NCBI GenBank assembly: GCA_023255445.1
Contig: JALRIL010000049.1
Span: 1 to 49,943 of the forward strand
DNA length: 49,943 bases
Origin: Limnohabitans sp.
GTDB lineage: Bacteria; Pseudomonadota; Gammaproteobacteria; Burkholderiales; Burkholderiaceae_C
Reading direction: 5' to 3'
Notes under the pieces: generated by a model
The model's database searches: none
What the model saw: the letters and a program-made list of their open reading frames with translations, nothing else
What the model was told of the DNA's origin: nothing
Program-made: the position numbers and the translations under genes
Part shown: positions 1-10,914 of the stretch, one piece after another
Layout: every line of letters begins with the position of its first letter
Numbering within the stretch: the stretch's first letter is position 1

Positions 1-928
1 CGTCCGCTTGCGGCAAAGTCAAGATCGCCAACATGAACTGGCAGTCTGCAGAGGTGTTGGCCCATGTGGACGAAATCATCCTGGCCAAGGGCTATGGCTG
101 CGAGGTAGAACTCGTGCCCGGCGACACCATGCCCACGCTGACCTCCATGATGGAAAAAGGCCAGCCCGATGTGGCCCCGGAGGCCTGGATCAACGCCGTG
201 CGCCAGCCGCTCGATGCCGCGGTGAAGGAGGGCAAACTTCACTACGCGGCCAAATCCCTGCCTGACGGGGGGGTGGAAGGCTGGTGGATTCCCAAATACA
301 TCGCTGATGCGCATCCGGACATCAAGACCATTGACGATGCCCTCAAGCATCCCGAACTCTTTCCCTCGGCAGAAAACAAGGGCAAGGGGGCGGTCTACAA
401 CTGTCCGTCCGGCTGGAACTGCCAGCTGACCACCGCCAATGCGTTCAAGGCCTGGGATGCGGGCAAGAAGGGCTTTGTGCTGGTGGACACCGGCTCGGCA
501 GCGGGTCTGGACGGCTCGATTGCCAAGGCCTACGAGCGCAAGCAAGGCTGGCTGGGTTACTACTGGGCCCCCACATCGATCCTGGGTAAATACGCCATGG
601 TCAAGCTCGATGCGGGTGTGCCGCATGACCCTGCGGCCTGGGAAAGCTGTAACAGCAAGCCCGACTGTGCCAAGCCAGGCAAGAGCGACTGGGCGCGCGC
701 TGAGGTGTACACCGTGGTCACCGACAGCTTCAAGAAAAGTGCCGGCCAATCCATGGCCTACCTCGACAAACGCGGCTGGAGTAACGAGACCGTCAACCAA
801 TTGCTGGCCTGGATGAGCGAGAACCAGGCCAATGGTGCCGATGCTGCCAAATACTTCCTCAAATCTCAGCCTGATGTCTGGAAAGCATGGGTATCGCCCG
901 AAGTGGCCGCCAAGGTGGAGGCTTCGCT

Positions 929-932
<4 letters not shown>
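1..932 (+). CDS. Glycine betaine/proline-family ABC transporter substrate-binding protein (ProX-like), 5' truncated
   Basis: Frame is open from the window start (SACGKVKIANMNWQSAE...). Motifs DVAPEAW, CPSGWNC and WLGYYWAPT; followed by permease and ATPase. Confidence 0.88.
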
Positions 933-1805
<873 letters not shown>

Positions 1806-1813
<8 letters not shown>

Positions 1814-2831
1814 AGCAGTAGGCATTGAAATCCGCAAACTCTACAAAATCTTCGGTCCACAGCCCGACAAATGCATGGCCCTCGTGGCCGAAGGTGTCGG
1901 CAAGGATGAGCTGCGGGACCAACACGGACACGTGCTGGGCCTGCGAGATGTAAACCTGGACATTGCCGCTGGGCAGATTCAGGTCATCATGGGGCTGTCC
2001 GGCTCGGGTAAAAGTACCCTGGTGCGACACATCAACCGGTTGATCGAACCGACTTCCGGGCAGGTCTGGGTGGGCGGCGAAGATGTGCTGGCCATGAATG
2101 CCCGGCAGCTGCGCAACTTCCGTCGCAAGCGCACGGCCATGGTGTTCCAGAAGTTTGCCCTGTTCCCGCACTTCACCATCATGGAGAACGTGGAATACGG
2201 TTTGCGCATTCAAGGCGTGCGCCGCAAGGTGCGCGAGGCGCAAGCTGCCCGCTGGATCGAGCGGGTGGGGCTCAAAGGTTACGAAGACCATTACCCCAAC
2301 CAGCTCTCGGGTGGCATGCAGCAGCGAGTCGGGCTGGCTCGCGCGTTGACCAACGATGCCCCCGTGCTGCTGATGGACGAGGCGTTTTCCGCGCTGGATC
2401 CGCTCATTCGCAGTGACATGCAAAGCGTGCTGCTCGACATCCAGCAGGAAGTGGGCAAGACCATTGTCTTCATCACCCACGACCTGGACGAGGCCTTGCG
2501 CCTGGGCGACCGCATTGCCATCTTGCGCGACGGCGAGGTGGTGCAGCAAGGTACGGCGCAAGAAATCTTGCTGCACCCTGCAGATGACTACATCCGCAGT
2601 TTTGTGCGCGATGTGAACCGTGGGCGGGTGATTCGTTGCCGCACGCTGGCGCGTCCCGGGGTGGCCAGTTCAGAGCTCAAGCTCGATGCACAAATGGTGA
2701 TTGAAGAAGCGGCGCGCGAACTCAACGCGCAAGGTCTGGACAACGCCAACGTGGTCAGCAGCAAAGGCAAGCACCTGGGCACGATCTGCATGTCCGACAT
2801 CATCGAGGCCATGCTGCCCGCCAGGGACTGA
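1806..2831 (+). CDS. Quaternary amine ABC ATP-binding protein (ProV-like)
   Basis: Walker A GLSGSGKS, signature LSGGMQQRV, Walker B LLMDEAFSALDP. Confidence 0.9.
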
Positions 2832-2844
2832 ATGTTTCAGCGCT

Positions 2845-3714
2845 TCAGGCCAGTGCCCGCTTGAGCCATTCGGCAAAAGTGGCGCACTCCCAGCGCTCCA
2901 TGGTGCCTGTGCGCCAGCACAGGTAATGCGCATGGGGGCTGGGTACATTGCGTTCGTACAGCCGCACCAGCTGGCCGCTTTCCAGCCAGGGTGTGGCCAG
3001 CTTCAGTCGCACCAGACCAACGCCCAGGCCTTGTGCGGCTGCATCGCACATCAGGCCAATGTCATTGAACGACGAGCCGTCTGTCGGTTCGGGCCAGTCC
3101 AGGTTGTGTGCGGCAAACCAGGTGCGCCAGGGCTCCAGCGGACTGCGCAGCAAGGCCTCACCTTCGAGGTCTTCAGGACTTTCGAACGGGCCGTTCTCGC
3201 GCACCCAGGCCGGCGAGGCCAGGGGCGTGACCTCGTCCTTGATCAGGCAGACATGTTCCACATCGGCATAACGTCCGGTGCCAAAGCGTATGGTCAGGTC
3301 CGCGTCTTCGGCCACCACGTCCAGCAGCGGAATGCTCACTTGAAGGGTGATGTCGATCTCGGGGTAGGCCTCGTGAAAGTGCCGCAGACGCGGCATCAGC
3401 AAGGATCGTGCAAAGGTCGGCGTGACCGCCAGGCGAAGCTTGCGACGACCCGGGCTGGCGTTGGCGCTGGGAAAGCGCTGCAAAGATACCAGACCTTCGC
3501 GCACATGCGCCAGGTATTCGATGCCCTCGGTGGTCAGTGAAAAATCAGCCCGGCCAAACAACTTGGTGCCGATCATTTGCTCAAGTTGCTTGACGCGGTG
3601 GCTCACGGCGCTGGGTGTTACACACAGTTCGTCGGCGGCCTGGGTCACGCTGCGCAGACGCGCCAGCGCCTCAAACGTCAGCAAGCATTGAATAGGCGGG
3701 ATGCGTAGGCTCAT
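2845..3714 (-). CDS. LysR-family transcriptional regulator (GcvA-like)
   Basis: HTH FEALARLRSVTQAADELCVTPSAVSHRVKQLE plus LysR substrate-binding domain; about 289 aa. Confidence 0.9.
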   Translation of the reverse strand: MSLRIPPIQCLLTFEALARLRSVTQAADELCVTPSAVSHRVKQLEQMIGTKLFGRADFSLTTEGIEYLAHVREGLVSLQRFPSANASPGRRKLRLAVTPTFARSLLMPRLRHFHEAYPEIDITLQVSIPLLDVVAEDADLTIRFGTGRYADVEHVCLIKDEVTPLASPAWVRENGPFESPEDLEGEALLRSPLEPWRTWFAAHNLDWPEPTDGSSFNDIGLMCDAAAQGLGVGLVRLKLATPWLESGQLVRLYERNVPSPHAHYLCWRTGTMERWECATFAEWLKRALA

Positions 3715-3740
3715 GGTCTGGTTTCGTCCCGCAAAGTCAA

Positions 3741-4586
3741 TTACTTGAAGATGACCGTCTTGTGCCCGTTGAGCAGCACACGGTGCTCGCTGTGCCACTT
3801 GACCGCCCGGGCCAGCACCTGGCTTTCGGTATCGCGGCCCATGGCTGTCAGGTCTTCCACGGTTTTGCTGTGGTCGGCTCGGGCGACGTCTTGCTCAATG
3901 ATCGGGCCTTCGTCGAGATCGGCCGTCACATAGTGTGCGGTCGCACCAATCAGCTTCACGCCGCGGTCGTGCGCCTGGTAATAAGGCTTGGCACCCTTGA
4001 AGCTGGGCAAAAAGCTGTGGTGAATATTGATGGCGCGGCCAGAGAGTTTGCGGCACAAATCGTCCGACAGAATCTGCATGTAGCGCGCCAGCACCACCAG
4101 CTCGGCACCTTCAGCTTCGATGATCTCCATCTGCTTGGCCTCGGCCTGGGCTTTGGTGGCAGCGGTCAGCGGAATGTGGTGGAAGGGAATGTTGTAGCTG
4201 GCCGCCAGCTGATAGAACTCGCGGTGGTTGCTGATGATGGCGCGAATATCCAGCGGCAACAGGCCGCTTTTGACGCGGAACAGCAAATCATTCAGGCAAT
4301 GGCCTTCCTTGCTGACCATGATGATGGTGCGCATGGGCTGCTCGGTGGGGTGCAGCTCCCATTTCATGGCGAAGGGCTCGGCAAAACTGGCCAATTGTGA
4401 GTTCAGGTCGGCTGCGCTGACGGCGCAGGCAAACTGCACGCGCATGAAAAACAGGCCGGTGTCGTGGTCGTTGTATTGGGCCGCTTCCTCGATGTTGCCG
4501 CCACGTTCGAGCAAAAAGCCGGAAACAGCGTGCACGATGCCCGTGCGATCAGGGCAGGAAAGGGTGAGGATATAAGTCGGATTCAT
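3741..4586 (-). CDS. purU: Formyltetrahydrofolate deformylase
   Basis: ACT domain CPDRTGIV; LARYMQIL, INIHHSFLPSFKGAKPY, DLDEGPIIEQ. Confidence 0.97.
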   Translation of the reverse strand: MNPTYILTLSCPDRTGIVHAVSGFLLERGGNIEEAAQYNDHDTGLFFMRVQFACAVSAADLNSQLASFAEPFAMKWELHPTEQPMRTIIMVSKEGHCLNDLLFRVKSGLLPLDIRAIISNHREFYQLAASYNIPFHHIPLTAATKAQAEAKQMEIIEAEGAELVVLARYMQILSDDLCRKLSGRAINIHHSFLPSFKGAKPYYQAHDRGVKLIGATAHYVTADLDEGPIIEQDVARADHSKTVEDLTAMGRDTESQVLARAVKWHSEHRVLLNGHKTVIFK

Positions 4587-4661
4587 GCGCCGCTATTGTA
4601 GAGAAGCTGTCTTCGAACACGTACACTGCAAAGCCATTGCATGTTTTCAGGGAGAAACGCC

Positions 4662-5999
4662 ATGACCGCGTCCACCTCATTGCCGATGGACAACCACTGG
4701 TTGCCCTTCACGCCTAACCGTCAGTTTCGTCACGACCCCCGTATTTTTGTGGGCGCCGATGGCATGCACTTCACCACGCACGATGGCCGACAGGTCATTG
4801 ACGGCATTTCCAGCCTCTGGTGTGTAGGTGCGGGGCACAACCGCAAACCGATCAATGAAGCCATCAAGCGCCAGCTTGACACCCTGGACTACGCCACCGC
4901 GTTCCAGGCGGGCAACGACCAGGCATTTCTGGCAGCGCAAAAAATCGCACAGCTGGCACCGGGCGATCTCAACAAGGTGCTGTTTTGCAACTCCGGTTCG
5001 GAAGCGGCCGATACCGCGCTCAAGGTGGCGCTGGCCTACCACCGAGCGCGTGGCGAGGGCCACCGCACGGTGTTCATCGGCCGCGAGAAGGGCTACCACG
5101 GCGTCAACTTTGGCGGCATGAGTGTGGGCGGCTTGCCCGCCAACCGCAAGGCTTTCGGAGCCCAGTTGTTGCCGCGCGTGGACCACATGCGCTTCATCCA
5201 CGACCCGGTCAACCATGCCTACATCCATGGTGAAGAGCCCGTCTGGGCTGAAGACCCGCTGCTGGAGCTCGAACAGCGCATCTTGCCCCTGCACGACCCA
5301 AGCAATGTGGCCGCGATCATCGTCGAGCCCATTGCCGGCAGCGCGGGTTGGTACATCCCGCCCAAGGGCTATCTTCAGCGCCTGCGCCAGATTTGCGACA
5401 AGCACGGCATCTTGCTGATATTCGACGAAGTCATCACCGGCTTTGGTCGTCTGGGGACACCTTTTGCCGCAGACTACTATGGTGTGGTGCCCGACATGCT
5501 CAACTTTGCCAAAGCCGTGACCAATGGTGTGATTCCACTGGGCGGGGTGATTTGCCGTGACTTCATCTACGACGCCATGATGAACACGCAAGCGCCGGAG
5601 CACGCCATTGAGTTTTTCCACGGCTACACCTACTCTGGCCATCCGGTGGCTTGCGCAGCCGCTTTGGCGACGCTGGAGGTGATGGCGCAGGAAGACCTGT
5701 TTGCCCGTGCTGGCGAGCAAGGCCGCATGCTCGGCGACGCCTTGCACAGCGTCATCAAGGGCTTGCCGGGCGTGGTGGGAATTCGCAGTCTGGGGCTGGC
5801 CGGTGCCGTGGAGTTGGCGCCCAATGGTTCAGCGCCTGGCAAACGGGCGTTTGAGGTGTTTCGTAGCTGTTTCCAGGACGGGGTGTGGATTCGTCCGGCG
5901 GGCGACAACCTGGTGGTGTGCCCGCCCTACATCGTGTCGGATGCGCAGATCGATCAGATCGTCAGCGCCATGGCCAAGGCCATCAGGCAACACGCCTGA
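4662..5999 (+). CDS. Class III PLP aminotransferase (omega-amino acid/beta-alanine:pyruvate transaminase-like)
   Basis: WLPFT, SGSEAADTALK, GYHG, FDEVITGFGRLG, PLP lysine in NFAK, HGYTYSGHPVACA; GGAGA RBS upstream. Confidence 0.9.
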   Translation: MTASTSLPMDNHWLPFTPNRQFRHDPRIFVGADGMHFTTHDGRQVIDGISSLWCVGAGHNRKPINEAIKRQLDTLDYATAFQAGNDQAFLAAQKIAQLAPGDLNKVLFCNSGSEAADTALKVALAYHRARGEGHRTVFIGREKGYHGVNFGGMSVGGLPANRKAFGAQLLPRVDHMRFIHDPVNHAYIHGEEPVWAEDPLLELEQRILPLHDPSNVAAIIVEPIAGSAGWYIPPKGYLQRLRQICDKHGILLIFDEVITGFGRLGTPFAADYYGVVPDMLNFAKAVTNGVIPLGGVICRDFIYDAMMNTQAPEHAIEFFHGYTYSGHPVACAAALATLEVMAQEDLFARAGEQGRMLGDALHSVIKGLPGVVGIRSLGLAGAVELAPNGSAPGKRAFEVFRSCFQDGVWIRPAGDNLVVCPPYIVSDAQIDQIVSAMAKAIRQHA

Positions 6000-6017
6000 T
6001 GCGTGTTGCCTGATGGC
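5979..6017. terminator. Perfect 17-bp inverted repeat between convergent genes (probable terminator or mRNA-end hairpin)
   Basis: GCCATCAGGCAACACGC-ctgat-GCGTGTTGCCTGATGGC; the loop contains the aminotransferase TGA. Confidence 0.6.
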
Positions 6018-6022
6018 AGCCC

Positions 6023-6307
6023 TCAATGCACCAGCACGGGCTGCTGGGCCAGGCCTGAATAGCCTTCGAGCGTGTCTTCCACCTCTTCCTGGGTGGGGGC
6101 TCGTTGTTGCCAGGCTAGCAACTGTTGCTGGAACATTTCTGCCCAGGAGCCGTCCAGGTAAACCTCTTTGCCCGAGCGTTTGTCCACGATCTCGAAACCG
6201 TGGCGCTCCAGCGTGGGCTGATCGGCAGGAACCGACTCTCCCTCGGCGGGCTCATTGGCCAGCAGGTGCATGACTGCAAAAGCATCGGATTCGTACAAAA
6301 GGTTCAT
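6023..6307 (-). CDS. Small conserved betaproteobacterial protein (DUF3567/BTH_I0359-like)
   Basis: MNLLYESDAFAV...GFEIVDKRSGKEVYLDG...PTQEEVEDTL pattern. Confidence 0.75.
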   Translation of the reverse strand: MNLLYESDAFAVMHLLANEPAEGESVPADQPTLERHGFEIVDKRSGKEVYLDGSWAEMFQQQLLAWQQRAPTQEEVEDTLEGYSGLAQQPVLVH

Positions 6308-6376
6308 GGTTTCATTCTGCCTCAAGATATCTCTCAAATGGGTATGGCCCGACTAATTTCAAGGCCAAAGGCAGGG

Positions 6377-7435
6377 TCAAGAAGCCGGTAACGCCGGGGC
6401 GTCCAAGAGGTCGCTCAAGGTCATGTCGATGAAGTTGCCATTGGCTTGAGTGATGCGGATACGCACCGGCAGACCTGTCAGGGCCGGGTCGGTCCAGAAC
6501 TCCAGCTTGGAATCGTAAGGACCACGAGGGGCGCAGACCCAATGACGCGTCACACGGGTGTGGCCCATGATCGACAGCGCATCCTGGGCGGCCAAGGTGA
6601 TGCGCCACACATCCGCGCTGCGCGGGGTCACGGTTTGCACATTCAAAGTGGTGCCCACGTCGAATTGATCGGGTGCGGTGTTGACGGCTCCACCCAGCTG
6701 GATGAACAGGCTGATCTGATCTTGCGCGCCAGCCAGCAAAGGCACGGTCTCCTGCTTGCTGCTGAAGATAATTTGCTGGTTCTTCCGGTCAAAGTGAGTG
6801 GCAACTTCTTTTTTTCGTTTGTCGCTGAAACGATCTGGCACCAAACCGTCCGGGCCGAGAAGGCCTGTGCTTCGCCATTGCCGTGAGCCCAGCAAAAAAG
6901 CCTTCACCGTCAGGCTCAGAGCGTACTGTTGTTCGTTGTATTGCCATTGCAAGGTGCTGCTGGCGCTGTAGTTCAAACCGCGATCCATACCTTGCAGTTC
7001 GTACTCAAGCACGGCGGGTGGGGGCAGCTGGCGGGCCACCAGCACATCAGGGGTGTCGGGCGCTGTCGGCCCCTGGAGCGGGTCTGTGGGTGCAGTGGAG
7101 ACCCCGGCGCTGGATGCGGGATCGGCGGTGGACGCTGCCTGGGGCTCAGACGTCACCGAACTTGAGGGCGACATCTCGGGCGGCGTTGGCAGGGGAGGTC
7201 TGGCAGGGGGTTGTGGCGCTTTCTTGCGTGGCGGCTGGCTGCGCGGTGGGGGGGTGGCGGGGACTGGCGCCAACAGCTTGACTTTCATTGCCACAGGGGT
7301 CGGGGCGGCCACCTCGACGGGCGCCAGTGCCAGCGGCGTCAGCGTGACGACATGCAGCACGACCACGGCTAAAACCAGGGTCAGCAGCACTTTGGGCGGA
7401 AGGTGTGTGCGAAAGCGAGCGGAGGTTTCGCGCAT
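6377..7435 (-). CDS. DUF3108-like protein with N-terminal anchor and Pro-rich linker
   Basis: TM segment, Pro/Ala linker, then a domain with GAQDQISLFIQL and LPVRIRITQANG. Start uncertain. Confidence 0.7.
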   Translation of the reverse strand: MRETSARFRTHLPPKVLLTLVLAVVVLHVVTLTPLALAPVEVAAPTPVAMKVKLLAPVPATPPPRSQPPRKKAPQPPARPPLPTPPEMSPSSSVTSEPQAASTADPASSAGVSTAPTDPLQGPTAPDTPDVLVARQLPPPAVLEYELQGMDRGLNYSASSTLQWQYNEQQYALSLTVKAFLLGSRQWRSTGLLGPDGLVPDRFSDKRKKEVATHFDRKNQQIIFSSKQETVPLLAGAQDQISLFIQLGGAVNTAPDQFDVGTTLNVQTVTPRSADVWRITLAAQDALSIMGHTRVTRHWVCAPRGPYDSKLEFWTDPALTGLPVRIRITQANGNFIDMTLSDLLDAPALPAS

Positions 7436-7447
7436 GGGGGTCAAAGG

Positions 7448-8278
7448 TTACTGTGGCGTCCAGCCCAGATCTGCGCTCAGCTGACGCGTCATGTCCAGCA
7501 GGCCTTGGGCTACCGTGCCTTGGGGTTGGGTGTCCAGCGTGGCCGTTGAGCCCAGCGACACCACCCCCAACGCCAGATGGCCGTCAGCATCAAACACCGG
7601 CGCGCAAAACCCCGAAATCCCTGGCAGCAACACGTTGACCACCTGCCCGAAACCTTGTGCACGGGTTTGCGCCATCAGGGCGCGAACTTCGGCGGCGGTG
7701 GTGGGCAGGTCAGTGCGACCCAGCTTGCGCGCTTGCTGCATCTCCAGCTCGATCATCTGGCGGGCGCGGTCCGCGCCTATGCCGTGGCCAATGAAGGCCG
7801 CAAAGCAACGTCCGGTGGCTGAGGACAGCATCGGCATCACATCGCCCAGCCGCAGGTTCACCGGCACGGCCAGCGCAGACTCTTGCCAATGCACCAGCGT
7901 AGGCCCATGGTTGCCCCAGACGGCCAGCGCCAAGGTATGCCCGGTCTGCTCCATCAGGGCGGGCAGGCGCTCGCGCGCCATCCTGACGGGGTTCAGGCGC
8001 GACAAGGTGGCCAGGCCCAAGCGAAGTGTAGCTGGACCCAATTCATAGCGGGTGTTGCCACTGTCTTGCACCACCAGCCCCAGACGCTGAAAGCTGACCA
8101 GGTAGCGGTGCGCTTTGGCCGCGCTCATGCCAGCGCGGGCCGCCAGGTCGCGCAGCATCAAGGGGCCATCGCCTTGGGCCAGCACCTCCAGCAGGGCGAA
8201 ACCCACCTCCACCGACTGGATGCCGGCGCGGGCTTTGTCAGAATCCTGATCTTCGGGGGCTGTACGAGATGCGGCCAT
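7448..8278 (-). CDS. IclR-family transcriptional regulator
   Basis: GIQSVEVGFALL...AKAHRYLVSF HTH; SSATGRCF; ISGFCAPVFD. Confidence 0.92.
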   Translation of the reverse strand: MAASRTAPEDQDSDKARAGIQSVEVGFALLEVLAQGDGPLMLRDLAARAGMSAAKAHRYLVSFQRLGLVVQDSGNTRYELGPATLRLGLATLSRLNPVRMARERLPALMEQTGHTLALAVWGNHGPTLVHWQESALAVPVNLRLGDVMPMLSSATGRCFAAFIGHGIGADRARQMIELEMQQARKLGRTDLPTTAAEVRALMAQTRAQGFGQVVNVLLPGISGFCAPVFDADGHLALGVVSLGSTATLDTQPQGTVAQGLLDMTRQLSADLGWTPQ

Positions 8279-8296
8279 ATGCTCTAGAATGTCGTT

Positions 8297-8331
8297 TCGT
8301 TTAGTTAAACGAGTTTAACAATGCGTAAACT
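8297..8331. promoter_or_regulatory. Two palindromes in the divergent iclR/FAH promoter (candidate IclR operators)
   Basis: TCGTTTA-GT-TAAACGA (8297-8312) and AGTTTA-N8-TAAACT (8312-8331). Confidence 0.5.
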
Positions 8332-8379
8332 GCTGTAACGCCCAGTGTAGCGAAAACAGCCCGTACAGGACACCTCACC

Positions 8380-9390
8380 ATGAAACTGGCAACCTATAAA
8401 GACGGCTCGCGCGACGGACAACTTGTTGTGGTCTCGCGTGACCTGACCACGGCTCATTATGCGACCGGCATTGCCGACACCCTGCAGCAAGTGCTGGACG
8501 ACTGGAATTTTCTGGCTCCGCAGCTTGAAGACCTGTACCTCACCCTCAACACCGGCAAGGCGCGCCACGCCTTCCCGTTTGACCCCAAAATGTGCATGGC
8601 CCCGCTGCCACGCGCCTACCAGTGGGCCGATGGCTCTGCGTACATCAACCACGTGGAGCTGGTGCGCGCGGCCCGTCACAGCGAAGTGCCCAAAACTTTC
8701 TACACCGACCCGCTGATGTACCAGGGCGGCAGCGACGACTTCATTGGCCCTTGCGACCCCGTGGTGGTGCCCAGCGAAGCTTTTGGCATTGACTTCGAAG
8801 CCGAGATCGCGGTGGTGACGGGCGATGTGCCCATGGGCACCAGCCCCGATCAGGCCCTCGAAGGCGTGCGCCTGCTGATGTTGGCCAATGACGTGAGCCT
8901 GCGCAACCTGATTCCTGACGAGTTGGCCAAAGGCTTTGGGTTTTTCCAAAGCAAGCCCGCCACCGCATTCAGTCCAGTGGCCGTGACGCCTGACGAGCTG
9001 GGCGAGGCCTGGGAGGGCGGCCGCGTCCACCTGACCATGCAGTCCACCTGGAATGGCCGCAAGGTCGGCATGTGCGAGGCGGGGCCTGACATGACCTTCC
9101 ATTTCGGCCAGTTGATTGCGCACATCTGCAAGACGCGCAATGTGCGCGCCGGCTCGATTGTCGGCAGCGGCACAGTGAGCAACCGTGGCGTGGAAGAACA
9201 CGGCAAGAAAGACTGGCCCAAGGGCTACAGCTGCATTGCCGAAAAGCGCGCCATTGAAACCATTCTGGATGGCAAGCCTTCCACCGAATACATGAAGTTC
9301 GGTGACACCATCCGCATCGAGATGAAGGGCAAGGACGGCCAGACCGTGTTTGGCGCCATCGATCAAAGCATCGCCGCTCCAGCAGCCTGA
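8380..9390 (+). CDS. Fumarylacetoacetate hydrolase family protein
   Basis: MKLATYKDGSRDG, IDFEAE, LANDVSLR, FFQSKP, IVGSGTVSN. Confidence 0.9.
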   Translation: MKLATYKDGSRDGQLVVVSRDLTTAHYATGIADTLQQVLDDWNFLAPQLEDLYLTLNTGKARHAFPFDPKMCMAPLPRAYQWADGSAYINHVELVRAARHSEVPKTFYTDPLMYQGGSDDFIGPCDPVVVPSEAFGIDFEAEIAVVTGDVPMGTSPDQALEGVRLLMLANDVSLRNLIPDELAKGFGFFQSKPATAFSPVAVTPDELGEAWEGGRVHLTMQSTWNGRKVGMCEAGPDMTFHFGQLIAHICKTRNVRAGSIVGSGTVSNRGVEEHGKKDWPKGYSCIAEKRAIETILDGKPSTEYMKFGDTIRIEMKGKDGQTVFGAIDQSIAAPAA

Positions 9391-9407
9391 GCCCGCCTGG
9401 GGCCAGC

Positions 9408-10013
9408 TCAGGACACGGCTGGCCAGTGTTGCGACAGGGTGCCGAGGCCGCGAATGAGCATCTCAACCGAAATCGACACCAGCACCAACCCCATCAGCCG
9501 CTCAAAGGCGCTGATGGTGCGCTCGCCCACCAGACGTTGCAGGCGCTCAGCCAACAACAACACCAAAGCACACACAGCCATGGTCACGACCAGGGCGCCC
9601 ACCCACTCCAGGCGCCGCTCGGGTGCCTGACTGACCAGCAGCATCACGGTGGCCAAGGCAGAAGGCCCAGCCAGAGCGGGAATGGCCAGCGGCACAATCA
9701 GGGGCTCGTGTTGCGGCACCTGGGCCTGTTCGCTTCGGGGTGGGAAGATCATGCGCAGTGCAATCAAAAACAGCACCACGGCGCCTGCAATCTGCAGCGA
9801 GACCTGGGACAAGCTCATTGCGCGCAGGAACGAGTCACCCACAAACATGAAGGTCAGAAGCAGGGCAAAAGCAATCAGCACCTCACGCACGATCACGCGG
9901 GCACGGCGCTCGGCAGGCACGGCCCGCAGGCTGCTGACAAAGATCGGAATGTTGCCCAGCGGATCAGTGATCAGCAACAACAAGATGGTGGCCGACGCAA
10001 AGGTGTGTTCCAT
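9408..10013 (-). CDS. MarC family membrane protein
   Basis: DPLGNIPIF, VPLAIPALAGP, ERLMGLVL. Confidence 0.9.
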   Translation of the reverse strand: MEHTFASATILLLLITDPLGNIPIFVSSLRAVPAERRARVIVREVLIAFALLLTFMFVGDSFLRAMSLSQVSLQIAGAVVLFLIALRMIFPPRSEQAQVPQHEPLIVPLAIPALAGPSALATVMLLVSQAPERRLEWVGALVVTMAVCALVLLLAERLQRLVGERTISAFERLMGLVLVSISVEMLIRGLGTLSQHWPAVS

Positions 10014-10015
10014 GC

Positions 10016-10429
10016 TCAGCTCGCGTACACGCTGGACAGATCGGCAAAGCCTTTGACTTCCATCGGGTTGCCAAAGGGGTCCAGAAAGAACATGGTCCAC
10101 TGCTCGCCCGGCTCGCTGGCAAAGCGCAAGTGAGGTTCGATCACAAAGCGCACACCCGCCGCTTGGAGGCGCTCGGCCATGGCCTGCCAGTCAGCCAATG
10201 GAAGGATCAGACCAAAGTGCGGCATGGGCACGAGGTGCTCGCCCACATGGCCTGTGGCCGCAGTGGGGAAGGGCTCGCCCAGATGCAGGGAAATCTGGTG
10301 GTCGTAAAAGTCGAAGTCCACCCAAGTGTCGGTGGAGCGACCTTCGCGACAACCCAACACATCGCCATAAAAATGGCGTGCAGTGTTCAGGTCGGTGACA
10401 TTAAAGGCAAAGTGAAACAGGCTACGCAT
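10016..10429 (-). CDS. VOC/glyoxalase-family protein
   Basis: FHFAFNV, WVDFDFYDHQISLH, PMPHFG, TMFFLDPFGNPMEVK. Confidence 0.88.
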   Translation of the reverse strand: MRSLFHFAFNVTDLNTARHFYGDVLGCREGRSTDTWVDFDFYDHQISLHLGEPFPTAATGHVGEHLVPMPHFGLILPLADWQAMAERLQAAGVRFVIEPHLRFASEPGEQWTMFFLDPFGNPMEVKGFADLSSVYAS

Positions 10430-10480
10430 GGCCGCGAGCATAGCAGCGCGCGCGTGCTCTGTCAGTTCCTGTGGGCCTGG

Positions 10481-10843
10481 TCAGGTGTGCTGTTCGGCGC
10501 GGGTCTGACAGTCGATGCAACGCAGTGCTTGCGGAGCGGCCTGCAGACGCTCGGCACGGATTTCCACGCCGCAATCGGTGCAGGTGCCGTACTCGCCACT
10601 GCGAATGCGCGCCAGGGCCGCATCGAGCTGGGCCAGCTCGGCAGTTTCGTGCTCGTTCATGGCGAACTCGTTGTCGCGTTCGCTCATGGTTTGCGCGTGG
10701 CTTTCTTCGCTGTGCGAGAAATGTGCAGCCGCCACATCGGCGCGGGAGACCTGTCCACCGCGCTGAGCCGAAATGCGAGCCAACAGTTGCTTGCGCTCAT
10801 CAAGCAAACGGGTTTCAAAAGCGTTTAAAAGTTGTTTATCCAT
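10481..10843 (-). CDS. TraR/DksA C4-type zinc finger protein
   Basis: ALARIRSGEYGTCTDCG...RLQAAPQALRCIDCQ. Confidence 0.9.
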   Translation of the reverse strand: MDKQLLNAFETRLLDERKQLLARISAQRGGQVSRADVAAAHFSHSEESHAQTMSERDNEFAMNEHETAELAQLDAALARIRSGEYGTCTDCGVEIRAERLQAAPQALRCIDCQTRAEQHT

Positions 10844-10876
10844 GGTTTCATCCTAGGGCTTGTGTGTCATGCGGTG

Positions 10877-10890
10877 TTGACGTGCGTCAA
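10877..10890. promoter_or_regulatory. FNR/CRP-family binding site upstream of the TraR/DksA gene
   Basis: TTGAC-GTGC-GTCAA centred about 41 bp upstream of the ATG; -10 TAGGAT at 10850-10855 on the minus strand. Confidence 0.65.
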
Positions 10891-10914
10891 GTTGGAGTCG
10901 ATCAACGTGCTGTC

